A stretch of DNA of 64,000 bases from Isurus oxyrinchus (taxonomy: Eukaryota): positions 2,666,001-2,730,000 of the forward strand of contig JANJGN010000041.1 of NCBI GenBank assembly GCA_026770705.1. Reading direction: 5' to 3'. Positions 13,480 through 26,302 of this stretch are shown one piece after another. The stretch's first letter is position 1, and each line of letters begins with the position of its first letter. The notes under the pieces are model-generated. The model worked only from the letters and a program-made list of their open reading frames with translations. It did not search any database and had not been told where the DNA came from. The translations under genes and the position numbers were made by a program.

Positions 13480-13720
13480 ATGTATCTATCCATCCATCTA
13501 ACTATCTATCCACCTCTATATCTATAAATCTATCCGTTCATCTTGGTCTCACATTCTCTTGCTCTTTCACTTGCAAGTCCATTTGTTGCTCGTTCTGTCT
13601 CACTCTCTCTCTCACTCGCGTAAAATTTTCTCTTCTAATCAGTCTGTCCATTTGACTGTCTGTCTATGTGTGCATCTATGTGTCTGTCTATCTGTCTGTC
13701 GGTATGTCTGTCTAACTATC
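13480..13720. repeat. Degenerate (TCTA/TCTG/TCCA)n and (CT)n microsatellite
   Basis: TATCTATCCATCCATCTA...CTGTCTGTCTATGTGTG...TCTGTCTATCTGTCTGTC. Confidence 0.7.
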
Positions 13721-14399
13721 TTGATAGTTAATTCTCCCTGCCCTTCGATATGCGAGTTTGCTGCAAAAAAATCAGTGTGATATCACGTGTGAGATTAGAT
13801 CAAGTCTATACTTTCACAATCGAGTATCAAATTCTGCATAAGATGTATATTCGGGGGAATAAACTAACCTTGCCCGCGCTTCCTTCTCCTTAAGGTGCTT
13901 GACTCTGTTCTCCACAAAGGCTGATATCACTGGATGATTACTACATTTGGTTGTGCCGAAGGTTTGTTCCCAATCAGCTTTTCAAATATATACTTTCATG
14001 TGCCGAGGATGTTGTTAGATGGGCCACAAGTTACTGTTCTATCCAAATTGCCCTTGAAAATGTGGAGGTGCCCTACCTTCCTGAAATTGTGTATTTCATC
14101 TGACTGATGTCAGTTGCATTCCCTCAGTACCTAGAATGAAGTCCGTTAGGCTCAGTGCGATTTCAGATGACTGAGGAGTCAAAGGCTGGACCTACATTTT
14201 CTTCCACCGTTTTTTGCACTGAGGAGTTGAAATCAAAGTTCCAGATTGGTTCATTTCTCCTTGCTGTGGCTCGGCCTTTCCACGACTCTGTTGAGCCGCT
14301 GAGACTCGAAGCGGTTTTCGAATGGATGGACCGGGTGATACCAGGCCCAGTGATTGGCAGCATTGTCCTCCCGCTCCCTGGTGTTAAGAACTCCGTGCA

Positions 14400-15790
14400 T
14401 TAGGGAGAGCTGGAGAGAATCATTACAACGTGCTATTTGGCTGCCCTTTGGACGAGGACTGCTAAGTGGCAGAAGCAGGTATGGAAAGGCAAACTTTTCC
14501 CGAAAAATGTGCCCCACGACCACCACATATCTGCTGCATTTGTACAGGACTTTGGCTGGGGGCCTCCAGGAATCACAGCCTTGCACCTGAACCCAATCCT
14601 CCATCCCCACAGGGCTTTTCGCCTGAAACAGAATTGTGAACCCATATTTTATTATCAGGATTCTGGTGCACTACCTGTCTGCTTCATGTGGCGCAGGCAC
14701 ACCGCTTAGCTTTTAGTAAGGTAGTGTCAGGGTGCCATGTATTGGGATCCAGCTTGCAATCTCTGAGATTGACTTTGAGATTTCAGGCATCCTGTAGTGG
14801 AGCTTCCTGTGCTCACTGAGTGTGGCTTGTTTGTACGCAGGAATTTTCTGGATGAACGGTCTGACTGACCCAGCCAGCGGGGCTCTACTGAACATATTTT
14901 CGATGTCGGGCATGTTACACTTGGCAAAATCATCGGCTTTGCGGATTTTCCCTTGCTAACAACCGTTGGAAATGGTTCACAGACAGTTACATTTGAAAGT
15001 TTTCATTAGGTATCTACCAGGCCGATAGGTTATGCAAGTCTTGCACTGATATGGAAGTGATATAAGAAACAATGTCTCGCAGACCTTTATCTTCTGTCTG
15101 AGGGCAAATCCATGTTCTTTTTGCAGAAATCAGTGAGTCAATCCTGCCACGTGCCGAGCTTGTTTTGGTCAGGTGGTGGGTAATTTGTCCATCCAGTTAG
15201 TGCCCTTGGAGTGCATGTTGCCAAGTTAACAAAACTTCCATACTGAACAGAGGCATGCGTTGTTCAAAGCGGCTGTGGTATCTTGGAGCAAGTGACTAGC
15301 AACGGTTTGATGCAGCATCTCTATCCTCAGTTATATTGCCAATGGAAAACAATCTGAGTTTGCAGCAAAGTGCTCAGGACGCAACTGAATGTCTCCGGAT
15401 ACTGACGTATGAGAGCGCATTGGTCCAAGAATTTGACTTCTCTCTGTAGCTACCCAGTAGCCTCTGTGCAAGGTTTATTCTTGCCTCTTTGAAAAGGCTG
15501 TCTGTGGTCCTGAAATGAGGGTGTCAAACTCTTGGAGTGCATGCTTTGACAAGTACCGACAAATATATGACAAACTGATCTGGGCACATTATCCAGCCTT
15601 ATTTGGCGAAGCAAGTGGCAGGAAATGGGTTCATACAGCCGAACCACTTTGCAGCCCTCTGATAATGACGTCATCGCCATAGATTGAGTGACACTGAACA
15701 TCTGTTCCGGGCTGTCACATATCCATGGCTGAGTTGGATTGTTTATTGACCAGTAAGGGAGACCAGGTTCATGAGGCTGTATGTTTGCGC
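14400..15790 (-). mobile_element. Degenerate RTE-clade LINE (RT and C-terminus)
   Basis: Minus strand gives LKVNLRDCKLDPNTW (~14740-14785, typical RTE C-terminal motif), a PDIENM..RWLG-like segment (~14870-14910), a TCITYR..KTF..NCL-like segment (~15000) and decayed RT motifs to ~15780. Confidence 0.6.
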
Positions 15791-16964
15791 TGTAAAGGAG
15801 GTGGCAGAAGGGTCCGGCGGAAGATGCTGGTTAGGGGAGAGCAGGCAGGAGAGTGTGCCTGAGGCCAGGATCAGATAAACCATGAATTTTCCGTGTTGCA
15901 GAACAGGCCCAAGTGGTCAAATGATCTACTGATCTTAACTATTCTGTCTTTGGTGTTTGTTTGAAATGCAGCCCACTCCAAAACAGGAGGCGTCGTCGAT
16001 TGTGGTTCATTATAATCAGTGAAAACATCTGCTAATGATTGTCTTCTGAATAGATTTGAGGGCCAACAGTTTCATGTTCAGATTGGATTGCCTTTCCAGT
16101 GATGTGCTCTATATATGACATTAATTTTTAAAAACATTTTTTCATTCATTTCAAGCATCACTCTGCACTATTGCACATCAAGACACCTACAACGCCAAAC
16201 TCGCAGGTCCAACGGTTGTGTTTATAATTTCCAGCCAGAATGGTACAAATTTATGGGCAACAACAGAGAGTGCAGGTCAAGTCACCGGCAGAAGTGTCAG
16301 TGCCAGAGGAAAGATCTGGGCAGCGTATGAGTTCCTTCTGGAAGCTTAAATTTCAAAGATAAACATCACACATATGCAGTGTTGGAACATAGAATGTTTC
16401 CTGAAACACATGACAGTGGTGAGAATCTGAAATTTACTCCACTACCTCTCCTAGCAGTTCAGGCCGATTGAGCTTCCTGGAATCATTTTGATCTAAATTA
16501 GTATTGATTTGATTCCAAACATCGCTGTGTAGGTCAATCATTTCCCGACGTGACTATCCACTATGGAATCTACTGGTTACTCGGTAAAATATAGCCCCTT
16601 CCATTTTATTGACCTCGCACATCATTCCATTGTTTGACGTTTCATTTCGAAACGGTTCCTTTCAGAAGGAGAGTGACTGATGTAACCTGTTTGTTCAATG
16701 ACTGAAACTAATTGATTTCTTCAAGGGACATGAATGCGCTCATGGGGATTTATCTGCTGTCTACATAACAGCTTCTCTGAATGTCACATTTCATATTTTC
16801 CAACAGGCTTGGTGTATGTGTTTCAACAGGAGTTAGCTCCTCTCTCAGTGGATATACTTTGTTGTACTTCATCAGATACGAGCCATTTACAAATCCGTTT
16901 TCGAGCTCTCGTTTTCCAATGTACGTTTATTAACATGACTTCGGACTAACAATATGAATTATTG

Positions 16965-17230
16965 TCCTTCTTTTCATTCGTGTATGAGGGCAATGCTGGC
17001 AAGGCCAGCATTTATTGCAAATCTCTAATTCTCCTTGTGAAGTGGGTGGTAAGCTGCTGCGGTCTTTATGGTGTAGTTACATCAACAGTATTGTCACGGG
17101 CGATCCATTAATTTGACACAGAGACTGTGAAGGACGACGATATTTTTCCAGATCAGAACGATGAGTGTCCTGGAGAGCAATGTTCAGCGAGTGGCGTTCC
17201 CATCTTCATGTTGCCTTTGTCTTTTGATAT
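16965..17230 (-). mobile_element. LINE 3' end fragment (shark CR1/L2-group)
   Basis: GGCAATGCTGGCAAGGCCAGCATTTATTGCAAATCTCTAATTCTCCTTG is the reverse complement of the family 3' tail. Confidence 0.7.
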
Positions 17231-17510
17231 TGTAGCGGTCGTGGGTTTGATTAGTTAACTAAAGGGCTTCATGTTAGGTAAAGGTAACAGCTTTTCTCTG
17301 TTCACTGCTAGGAATCATGTCGTGCTAGTTCTACCCTGATGCTCTAGGTTAATTAATGTAGCATTTGCTTCCGAAATTCCTGTGATTTAAACGTGTTTCT
17401 ATTATTTTCCTGAGCTAAATTTAAATAAGAAGAGTATTTCTAAATTTCAGAACAGACGTTCATTCCACCTTGTGCATACATCTCTGCAGGAAAGGCGCTT
17501 CCTCATAAAG

Positions 17511-17580
17511 ATGGGAGAAAAGATACTTCGCCAGATAGAAGCCATTTTCTATCCTATTCTTGTGGCAATCGGTGTTCCTG
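17511..17580 (+). CDS. gpr139-like: GPR139/GPR142-like GPCR, coding exon 1 (MGEKILRQIEAIFYPILVAIGVP-)
   Basis: AAGATGG start context and the YPxLxxIGVP TM1 motif typical of this family. Canonical donor CTG|GTAAGA at 17581 in phase 1, matching the acceptor at 26302. An upstream TCTCTGCAG acceptor (17481-17489) suggests a further 5' UTR exon. Confidence 0.85.
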
Positions 17581-18959
17581 GTAAGAGCCGAAATACAATC
17601 ATCACACGTATAAATGGATGTGTATGTCCTTCTCAAACGCCACTTCCGATAACATGGAATCGTTTCTTTAATATTGGGGAATCATCAAAGCAGGGAATGT
17701 ATGCTTAACCATAAAGTTAACAGATTTCTTCCTTTTGTTGCATCTTTCTGTCCGTGGTATCCACTGCTGACACCTTGTTCCTGCTTAACGAAATGTCATG
17801 TAACGGGGTGGGCTCTGCAATAATTATCATAATGAAGTGCAAACCGAGTATCTACTTGTAGACAACGCAATCTGTGAAAATCTGTTCAGAGGCAAATTCG
17901 CATTCTGCAAAATTCTGCTTGAAATGCTTGAAGCCGTTGCCAATGTTTTTCATCTAGTTTCCAATATTTCAAGAATGGGATCCCTGTCAAATCACATACT
18001 CATTACGACAGCGATACTTTTACAAATCGGTATGCAGAGAGGATATCTGGAAGCTTGTGTGAAACAGATTACTGTGTGTGCTGAAGATATTCCAATGTCG
18101 TAGTCACTTGTCCATTGAAATACATGCATTTTTGCTGCATCAAATATCGACCACCTTAATGAATTTACATGACGTGTAGTCACTGAAGTAACGCAAAAGT
18201 TGACAGGCAATTTTTGGTTGGGAAGCTTCCACAAGCAGCAAGTTGACAATGACCAGATGATCCTTTATGTGGGCTTTAGCAGAAGTTTAAATAGTGGTCA
18301 GGACAGAAGGGGCTACGACAATGTCGATGTTTGAAATAGGGGCATGGAATCGTTGATGATTACCCTGTGAATCGATTTGAAGTCTGTTCTAAAAGTTATT
18401 AAACCCGATAGTGCAGAACCACTTCACTACAGCAATGGAGCATTAGCAGAGGCTTTTGTTCTCAAGTACTTACGTCAGGATGTCAGTAATGAAACATCCA
18501 TCTTAGCACGCAGATTGCTAACTGAGCCATAAGTGGTCCGATCTTTGAACACCTATGCTCCCCGAATAGTTATCTGGTTCTCATTATTCTGCTCATTTCA
18601 GTTTCTAGCCCTCCACTTCCTGGTGTTGCAAACCTGCTGCCTAATCTAGCTTACTTAAATTCAGAATTGCAATGGATTGATATATAGCATTGTCGCACTC
18701 CCCTTTGGCTTTGGGAAACCCACGTTGTCATATTACATGGTGGCCCTGACAGAAGGATATAGCAGCACAGGGAATACGAGTAGAAGTTGATCTTTTGGCT
18801 GCACAACGGTGCTCCACTACTCCAGTCTATGATGACTGGAGGTATGTCTCCCCGACATTCCACGCACTATCTCATATCTTTGGATGCATTCAATATTGCA
18901 CATTTGGTTCATCAGCACCTGCAAAATACTTAATGACTGCCGATCTTCCGAGGTTGCAG

Positions 18960-19150
18960 TACATAATTTCGAACATTTACCCCTCCCTGAGTGATGAAAT
19001 TCTTCCTGATCTCAGTTCTAAATGCAGACCTCCTTTTTTGATGCTGCTTTTTCTGGTTTTAGACACACCTACCAACGGAATCATCCATCCAAGATCTACA
19101 ACAACGAAACTTATAAGAAGCGTGAATGCTTCAGGGAGATCACTTCTCAT
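18960..19150 (-). mobile_element. CR1 LINE 3' fragment (intronic)
   Basis: CCCTCCCTGAGTGATGAAATTCTTCCTGATCTCAGTTCTAAATG resembles the shark CR1 3' consensus. Confidence 0.55.
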
Positions 19151-19172
19151 TTGCCAATGCTCCAGAAAGCAG

Positions 19173-19214
19173 AGGGGGGTGGGGGGGGGGGGGTGGGGGG
19201 GGGGGGGGGGGGGG
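19173..19214 (+). repeat. Poly-G tract
   Basis: About 40 nt of almost pure G interrupted by two T. Confidence 0.9.
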
Positions 19215-19489
19215 CTCGTCAATGTATCCATAAGGCAATCCCAGTTAAAAACCAGTAATCCAATAAGTGATCTATTGAACATTCCTTATCGCAGAGCTAC
19301 ACAACACCTAATGAAATCTCCACCAAAGGAGCAAAGTAGAATGCTTGACAGGCATCACAAACATCATCATAAACAGACCACATGAAAATTGCAGAGCTGG
19401 GGATACGCTGGACTTGTGGTTACAAATTGTGGTTGTGCACAAATCAGTTCCAGCTAATGGTGCACAGTGCCTCGTGAATGCGCACTTTT

Positions 19490-19950
19490 GAGTTCCTGAT
19501 CAAGGTGAAACCTACCCCATTTAGCACAATGCTTGTCTCACACAATACGATGAATGGAAGCACCAATCTGAAGGCACAATTCGTCTGCACAAGGACCGTG
19601 CGGTGGTCAGTACTATCAATCCTTTAATGGACAGATTCCCCTGTGTTGGCTAGTTTGATGGAGCGAATTCACTTAGAGTTTTGTAACTGGTTGGTTCCCT
19701 GACCACCTGCGAAAGAGCCTGTCTAGCAGTTATCTTTATGAGTCGGCCAGCACGGACATTAGTGGTGCCAAGGATCATTTCTTGCTCACAGACATCGAGG
19801 TCCCCGATGTAAAGCATTCTTTTTTCTTCTCACTCCCCAAAACGTCGGCCATTGATGATCATTGTTTCATCCGCTGAGGGGAACGGGAGCTGGTCAGCAG
19901 GAGGGGACATTCATTGCCGATGTGTTACGTGATGACATGAGATTTCACTT
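19490..19950 (-). mobile_element. LINE apurinic endonuclease fragment (CR1/L2-group)
   Basis: TTGGTTCCCTGACCACCTGCG...GTCTAGCAGTTATC...GACATCGAGGTCCCC corresponds on the minus strand to GDFNVH...LxQVVREPT motifs. Confidence 0.6.
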
Positions 19951-20259
19951 AAGTACCACGTGTAATCAAGGATATGAAAAATGGTGCACAGTGAAAGTGT
20001 TGCAAAATGATATTTAGGAAAGCAGTAATACAATTGAGTGATACCGAGAAATTGGGTGGATACTCCCCATTTTGGATAATGTAATTTCAATCAGATGTTT
20101 GCTGCTGATTCATATGAACTTTAAAAGAAGTACGAGGAATTATTCAGATAAGGATAAGCAGTATGAATCATTAAATTTACGGAATGATTGCAAATACAGC
20201 AGGCTGTTTTTGTCCTGGTTTCAGTCAATATCTTTGAATTCAGTTGGAGCGTAAATCAA

Positions 20260-21800
20260 CCAGACAGCTGTAGTGGATACTTTCACACTGCTGCTTTGTA
20301 CATTTTAGATGGAGGAAAGGTTTTGGAGAGTCAGGGGGTCCGTTGCTCACCACAGCATTCTCAGATCCTGACGTGTCCTTCTAATCACAGTTTCTTGTCA
20401 AGGGCTTGTCCAAGGGTGTTGAAAATGGGGGCTTAAGCGATGGTAATTTCATTAAATCTCAGGGTTATTATGTTGGATATTCTTTTGGTGCAGGTGGTCA
20501 TTGCCTGTTAAGGGGCAAATATTACTTGTCATTATTCAGCTTCACAATTCTGGCTATTGCCCAGGTCTTGATGGGGACGGATTTCATCATCATCTGTTGG
20601 TGCTGAACCTTTAACGATCATCAGTTGGTACAACCTCTTCCCACTACCCAACTCTCTCCCCACCACACCAAACCTCCTTCTGTGTTTCAAATGGAGAGAA
20701 GTTCATTGATGCAGTAGCTTCAGATGGTTGGGCTCAGAACATTGCCATTAGGCTCTCGTCCATTTATGTAATTGTGCTGAGATGATTCACCTGCAAAACA
20801 AAACAAAAAGAAAAATAAATTGTTTTAGCTTGGTGTAAGTTCAAGCAGTGGGGAAGTTGCCCCTTATTCTTATTGACTACAGTTATCATAGCCCACATTG
20901 ATACCACAGTGTGATAACAGCTGTATTGATATAAAACACAGCCCCCCTCTCCTCACCTTATCAGTACAACACATTTGGCCATGTTTGGACCAAGGCCAAT
21001 TCGGGAGCTGGAGCTCGTATGAAGCAAAACGTGAGCGTCAGTGTGCAGTTTACTGCCAAGTACGTAGTGATTAAAAGCATTTTCCATGGTACTTTTCTTC
21101 ACTTTGATCATGATGATGTGTCGGCAGGTGGGGCTGTAAATGTCTTGTTTGGATTTGTCCTTATTTTTTGGCGGATAGGCGTACCTCTGAAAATGCTCAC
21201 AGTTTTGTGTATATGCCAGCACTTTGAAAGCACCATAGGAAGGCTTATTTAGGAGCACTGATCACCAGTAATATTGACAATATCTAAAAGGACACATAGT
21301 CTCTGCATCATCCAGTTCCTTCAGTCAGTCCTTAAATTCGAGTGCGAACAATCCCATTGCATGAAGTCTGGCATCTGTGATGCTTGTCTTCCGTAGGAGG
21401 AGGCCGGGATGATTCATCCACCCGTCACTTCCGGGTGAATGTGGCTGCAAATTCTTCAGCCATGTATATGCACCATTGCACTGCGCTCCAAAATCATTGC
21501 CGATGGGGATATAGGTGGAGAGCCATTCTCCAGTGAGTTGCAGAATATTTCAGCACCATTGAAGGCGAATGTGACAGGACCTCAGAGCTGAGCTATGGAA
21601 ATTCGGAAAAGAGAAGAATGAGCCCTGTCGATCTCAAGGTGAATATGCTGTTTTGCATGCAAGTAACCCGGTCTTGCATTTCACCAGTTTAAGCCGAGTT
21701 GTTAGGTTTGATCGTTGCTGCTGTGGACATCTGCCAGATGTCTGCCATGTTCTGTCGTTTCTGAACTTGACCTCAAAAGCCAGGAAGGACAAGATCAGAA
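20260..21800 (-). mobile_element. Degenerate CR1/L2-group LINE RT region (intronic)
   Basis: Same family as 9650-10920 (e.g. GGTTTTGGAGAGTCAGGGGG, GGTGGTCATTGCCTG, TGTTTTGCATGCAAGTA). Confidence 0.65.
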
Positions 21801-22242
21801 GAGGCATGGCAACACTCTTAGTTACAAAATCCTTTCCAAGTCACACAACAAGATGACTTGGAATTCGATCAACGTTCCATGACGGTCACTGGATCGACAA
21901 CCCGTAAATCCATTGCTAGCAGCATTGTCTCTGCACCCCCTTCATATGGTCAGCAGTAGAAGAAAACGTTTACTTTCAAGAAGACTTAGTGAAGGCGGAA
22001 ATGAAAGTGCTAATCATATCAAAATATAAAAAGAAAATAAAATGCTGCATGATGACGAATATATGAATATTGATTTCCTTTTTGTATTGAAATGACGGCC
22101 CTGGCTGTTTCATTTGTTCCAACTCAACAACTCAACACAATGCATTTTGAAATGTAAATCATTTCAGATAATACTGGCCCCTAACTGCAAACGTATATTT
22201 TGTATTCACTTCTGAATAGCTAATCATTTAACACAAAAGTAT

Positions 22243-22868
22243 TGGCTGAAAATTTATCGGCAAATCGCCCCCCCTCAATGCCATCCCCCCTCATCTCCCA
22301 GAAGGCCCATTCCCCACCCCACACAGAAATGCCAAATCCGCTTGAAGATCAATGATGTGAATCGGGTTTCATGCCATCAGGTACGTGAATCTCCCAGTTG
22401 CAGATGAAGAACGGGCCGGGCAGGAGGAGAGGGAAAAAAATGTTTCTGGACATCTACCATCAGCGATGAATCTTGCCAAAGAGATGTTCTGCCTCTGGGG
22501 CCATGATTAAATGTAGCAACAGATTGTGCTGGGGAAGGTGGTAGCGCCTTCCGGTTTACTTATCATTTTTTTTGTTTCTTGCCTGAGCTTTCAACGAAAA
22601 ATGTTTTTGGAAAAACAGTTTCTGTGAGCAGGTGGACTTGAGCTTGCAGCCATACCGACTTTATGTTCACAGCATTACAATCTGCCACATCATGTTCAGG
22701 CTTTCACTGCCAATTGGATGCGGACCCATTTTGCATCACTCGATGCCTCCTCCCAGTAGGAATTTAACGAATTGTGGAGAGGGAAGTGGTCTTAGAGAGG
22801 GTGAGTAGGAAAGGGCTGATTTTACATTTCTCCAAACTCATGCTGCCGAACAACGTAAATTCAAGGCC
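22243..22868. mobile_element. Possible non-autonomous DNA element (MITE-like) remnant
   Basis: Imperfect inverted ends GGCTGAAAATTTATCGGCA / TGCCGAACAACGTAAATTCAAGGCC around a GC-richer non-coding core. Confidence 0.3.
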
Positions 22869-23002
22869 GCTCTCTACTTTCGGTCATGTTTCTTTATGAT
22901 TTTATGTCACGATTAGTGTTTTGTACCTGCACCGGAGGATTTGTGTCGCTTCTCCAGTGTAACTGCCGCTATGGAGCCTGCAGCAATGGGTCATAACTAC
23001 AA

Positions 23003-23054
23003 ACACAATTCAGTGGATCACACTCGGTACACAATTCAGTGGATCACACTCGGT
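23003..23054. repeat. Perfect 26-bp tandem duplication
   Basis: ACACAATTCAGTGGATCACACTCGGT twice in tandem. Confidence 0.95.
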
Positions 23055-26000
23055 TGTGCGTTCGCAACAACATTCACAAATTCGCTGAAATAAATTATGA
23101 AATGAATATGTCACTGAAAATTGTTATTTTGTACGTACATTGCGAATAGAACATTGCTGTTAAAGTGATATGGATTCGGCACCCTGGTGGAACCTCCTTT
23201 GCTCTGCAGTTCTGCAGACTCGGGTGGTTGCAGTAAGGACACCAATAGGCACATAAGCACTGCTCCTGCTCCATGTTACTCTTCCCAAACAGCAATTAAC
23301 AACAGGCCAGAAGCAGATTGCAGTTGCAGAGAGCAATGGGTAATTCTGTAGCATATATAAATATTCATTTCACTGGTTTATTTAGCAGTGAGTAATGTTG
23401 ATAATATATTTGTTGCCTGTATACTTAATTTGCTAGCAGAATAGTGGACAATGGTTTGGATACGTCATTATTGAATTAGGCAGATAATTGGTAGTTCATT
23501 CCTCCGGCATTTCAACGTTTAATTCTGAGGAAATTTCTGGAAATATACTGATAATTTATTGGATAATAGTATTGATAATTAATTTGTTCATACATTGGCT
23601 GATTCATTATATAATTGTTTAAAATACTGTATTTTTATAACTGTATGCTTTTTTAGATTGCTGGCAAGTACAGTTTCAAGTGCTGATAATTTGTCGACAG
23701 TCTTTGTATAATTCACAATAGCGCACGGAAAATTATGTCTCTCATTTTAAATGCATGTTATTGAAGTAATATATGTATTAGGTTTGCTCAAATAATAGTA
23801 TGTATCGGGTAAAGGAAGGTATATTTTCAGTTTTAACATTTATTTTAAGCTGCAGTTGTGTCAAAATAATGTTGAATTATAATCCTTCCACCTTTAGCAC
23901 TGCATCCTGCATGGTCAAGAGAAGGTCAAACTTTAATTTGTATACATTGCCTGGCGTTTTCAAGGCTGTTTGTGACAGCTCTATTAAGTCAGTCAATGTT
24001 TGCTGCTTGCATTCCAGCTAGAGCATTGTGAATTGGAGGCTGCCAACTGGGCTGTGTATGTAACAGGAATAGATGTTTTTTTTTGTTTGTATGGTCTATG
24101 CTTGCCAACTTGAAATCTGATCCAAAAATATAAAAAGCCTTATCCGACTAATTCGCCATACTTCATTCAAAGTTCATCTGAATCCTTAACCAACAATTTA
24201 CTGAAATAATATGATCCAAATTGTTACTTCACCACCACGTTTATAGTCGTTCAATGCATTGTTGTTTCCCGAAGTTCAAATTTGCGAAAAATCTACGTTC
24301 AGTTTGCACCATGTTGCACAGACATGAAACCAGTTGGTACTTGAAATAACTTTCTATCCACTCATCCCCTTATTTTGACAATGTTCACTATCCATTCACT
24401 AATCTGTGCCTCCCCAATCCGACTGCAGATTCCAATCAGAAAGCTATTCTGCGCCCTTGCAGAGCCGTGACATCCTTTCCCATAGGATCGCCACCAGAAC
24501 TACAAACAAAATTTCGGTAGGGAGCAGATTGCATACTTTCGATAATAGTTCAGTCTGGAGATATTTAACTTGCTTTGAAATGCCGAAAATAATCTAATAA
24601 ACGTGCGCATCAAATTATTACATATCTGGCAGCTACAAATTTGTTCAGTGAGATTCACTTAGAAGATATATTCTACAAAATTCAAATGGACCTTTACTAA
24701 GTAAACAACAGAAATCATAATGCAACCAGGAATATCTGTGGCTCACGTCAATTTTGCTTGATTTATATGGATCATTTAATTCCATCAGTAATCAGCATAA
24801 ATGAAGTTAATCTTCTGTATAATAAGGTAGCATTGAATAACTTTGCTAATTATCTAAAGGTGTTCCTGCATTTTGAAAACAAAAAATATACTTTTTAACA
24901 AATAATGCTAAGTTTTATGGGTTTTATGTACCTGGACAACCTGAAATGAAATAAGGATACAGGATGATATTTTAAAAATGGGTGTGTTATGTCCTAGGTC
25001 TTTATCCCCAGGTAATCGACAATTCGTATTTTCACTTTTCTGAACATATATTATTCGACAGACTCAAATCGATTTGCCAGTTACAGTCATTTTTTACCGC
25101 AATCTTCTGCACGGTGCAATGCAAAAGTTAATTTTCAGCTTTACATTTCAAATCATTTTGCACGGAGGCTGTATATAAGACACAAGCGACTCCCTTCTGC
25201 CCTTTCAGCAGCAAGGTGATTTGTTCTGTAGCCGATCAATTAACAGGAACTCTCTCATGTCTACCTGGAAGCAAAACGATAGTTATGACCTCACTAGAAT
25301 CACATCATCAAATTGCTCTTTCAGTATGTTTTGCAGTAGGTGTGCCCTTGTGGCTTATAAATATTCCCCACTCAATCTGAAAGCAATGCCACTGGTCCAA
25401 GTCAGCCGTTAAACTGCTCGTTTGATCAGCACTGACTGCACCCATTCTGCAGAGCAATTTTGCTTCCCTCTTTTCGCAATGTTTTAGCGATGCATTCACC
25501 TGAAATAATCCTGCACAATGCCCAGACAGCATATCAATCTCACATTACTCAGTCTGCCTTAAAACACATGGCTGATCAGCTCTCATCCCCGAATAAAACT
25601 TCTCCCTGGGAACCTGCATAAGATTTGCACCTTGTCATTGTACCGCCGCTTTGATGAAGCCTGTGTAAACTGGCATTCGGACTCATCTGTGCTGGTCTTT
25701 TAAATAGCTCAGTGACTATTTTCTGTTCCTGTGTCTTAACCCTCAGAAGCGTTTAGAGAATGTTTGTTCCCCTGGGCAATATTTTACTTTCAAGTTGTAA
25801 CTCCTGTAGCACCGTAATCCTTCCCAGTACTTATGACATCTTTAGACCACCCAAAACGCATTGCACCACTAGCTCTTCAAAAGCATATCTCTACTTGGCC
25901 CAGATTTTATTTTGTGCATTCATTTCCAACTTCACATTGCACAAACACACATGAATTGGCACTTTACACCTTCCATTTACCTTTTAATATTCACCATGCT

Positions 26001-26302
26001 CAGACGTTTGTGTGCATTCAAGTTGTCCAGGGCACATTCACCATCAGCAAAATCAATTGTTATTAAACAGTAGTTGTGCAGTCTACGTTGAAGATGTTCC
26101 TTCCAAAAAGCACATTATCAACTGATGTTTCCCGTCCCTATCCGAATTCATTAGGTCCATTTTACATTTAGAACCTGCTCACCTCGGAAAGCAGGCTGTG
26201 CATAATTGGCTCAAAGGCAAGATGCTTTGCTGCAACAGGAAGGAAATTAATCATGTTCATCTGTGCCATCTATCTCCTGCTCTCTCTATCCCTTTCTTAC
26301 AG

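Noticed and set aside
18795-19385. 196-aa ORF with poly-Gly
   Set aside because: Chance read-through of a CR1 fragment and a poly-G tract inside an intron.
26263-26302. ORF-track start (MPSISCSLYPFLT) for a single-exon GPCR
   Set aside because: It begins at GTG and runs through the polypyrimidine tract and acceptor. The true N-terminus is supplied by exon 17511..17580.
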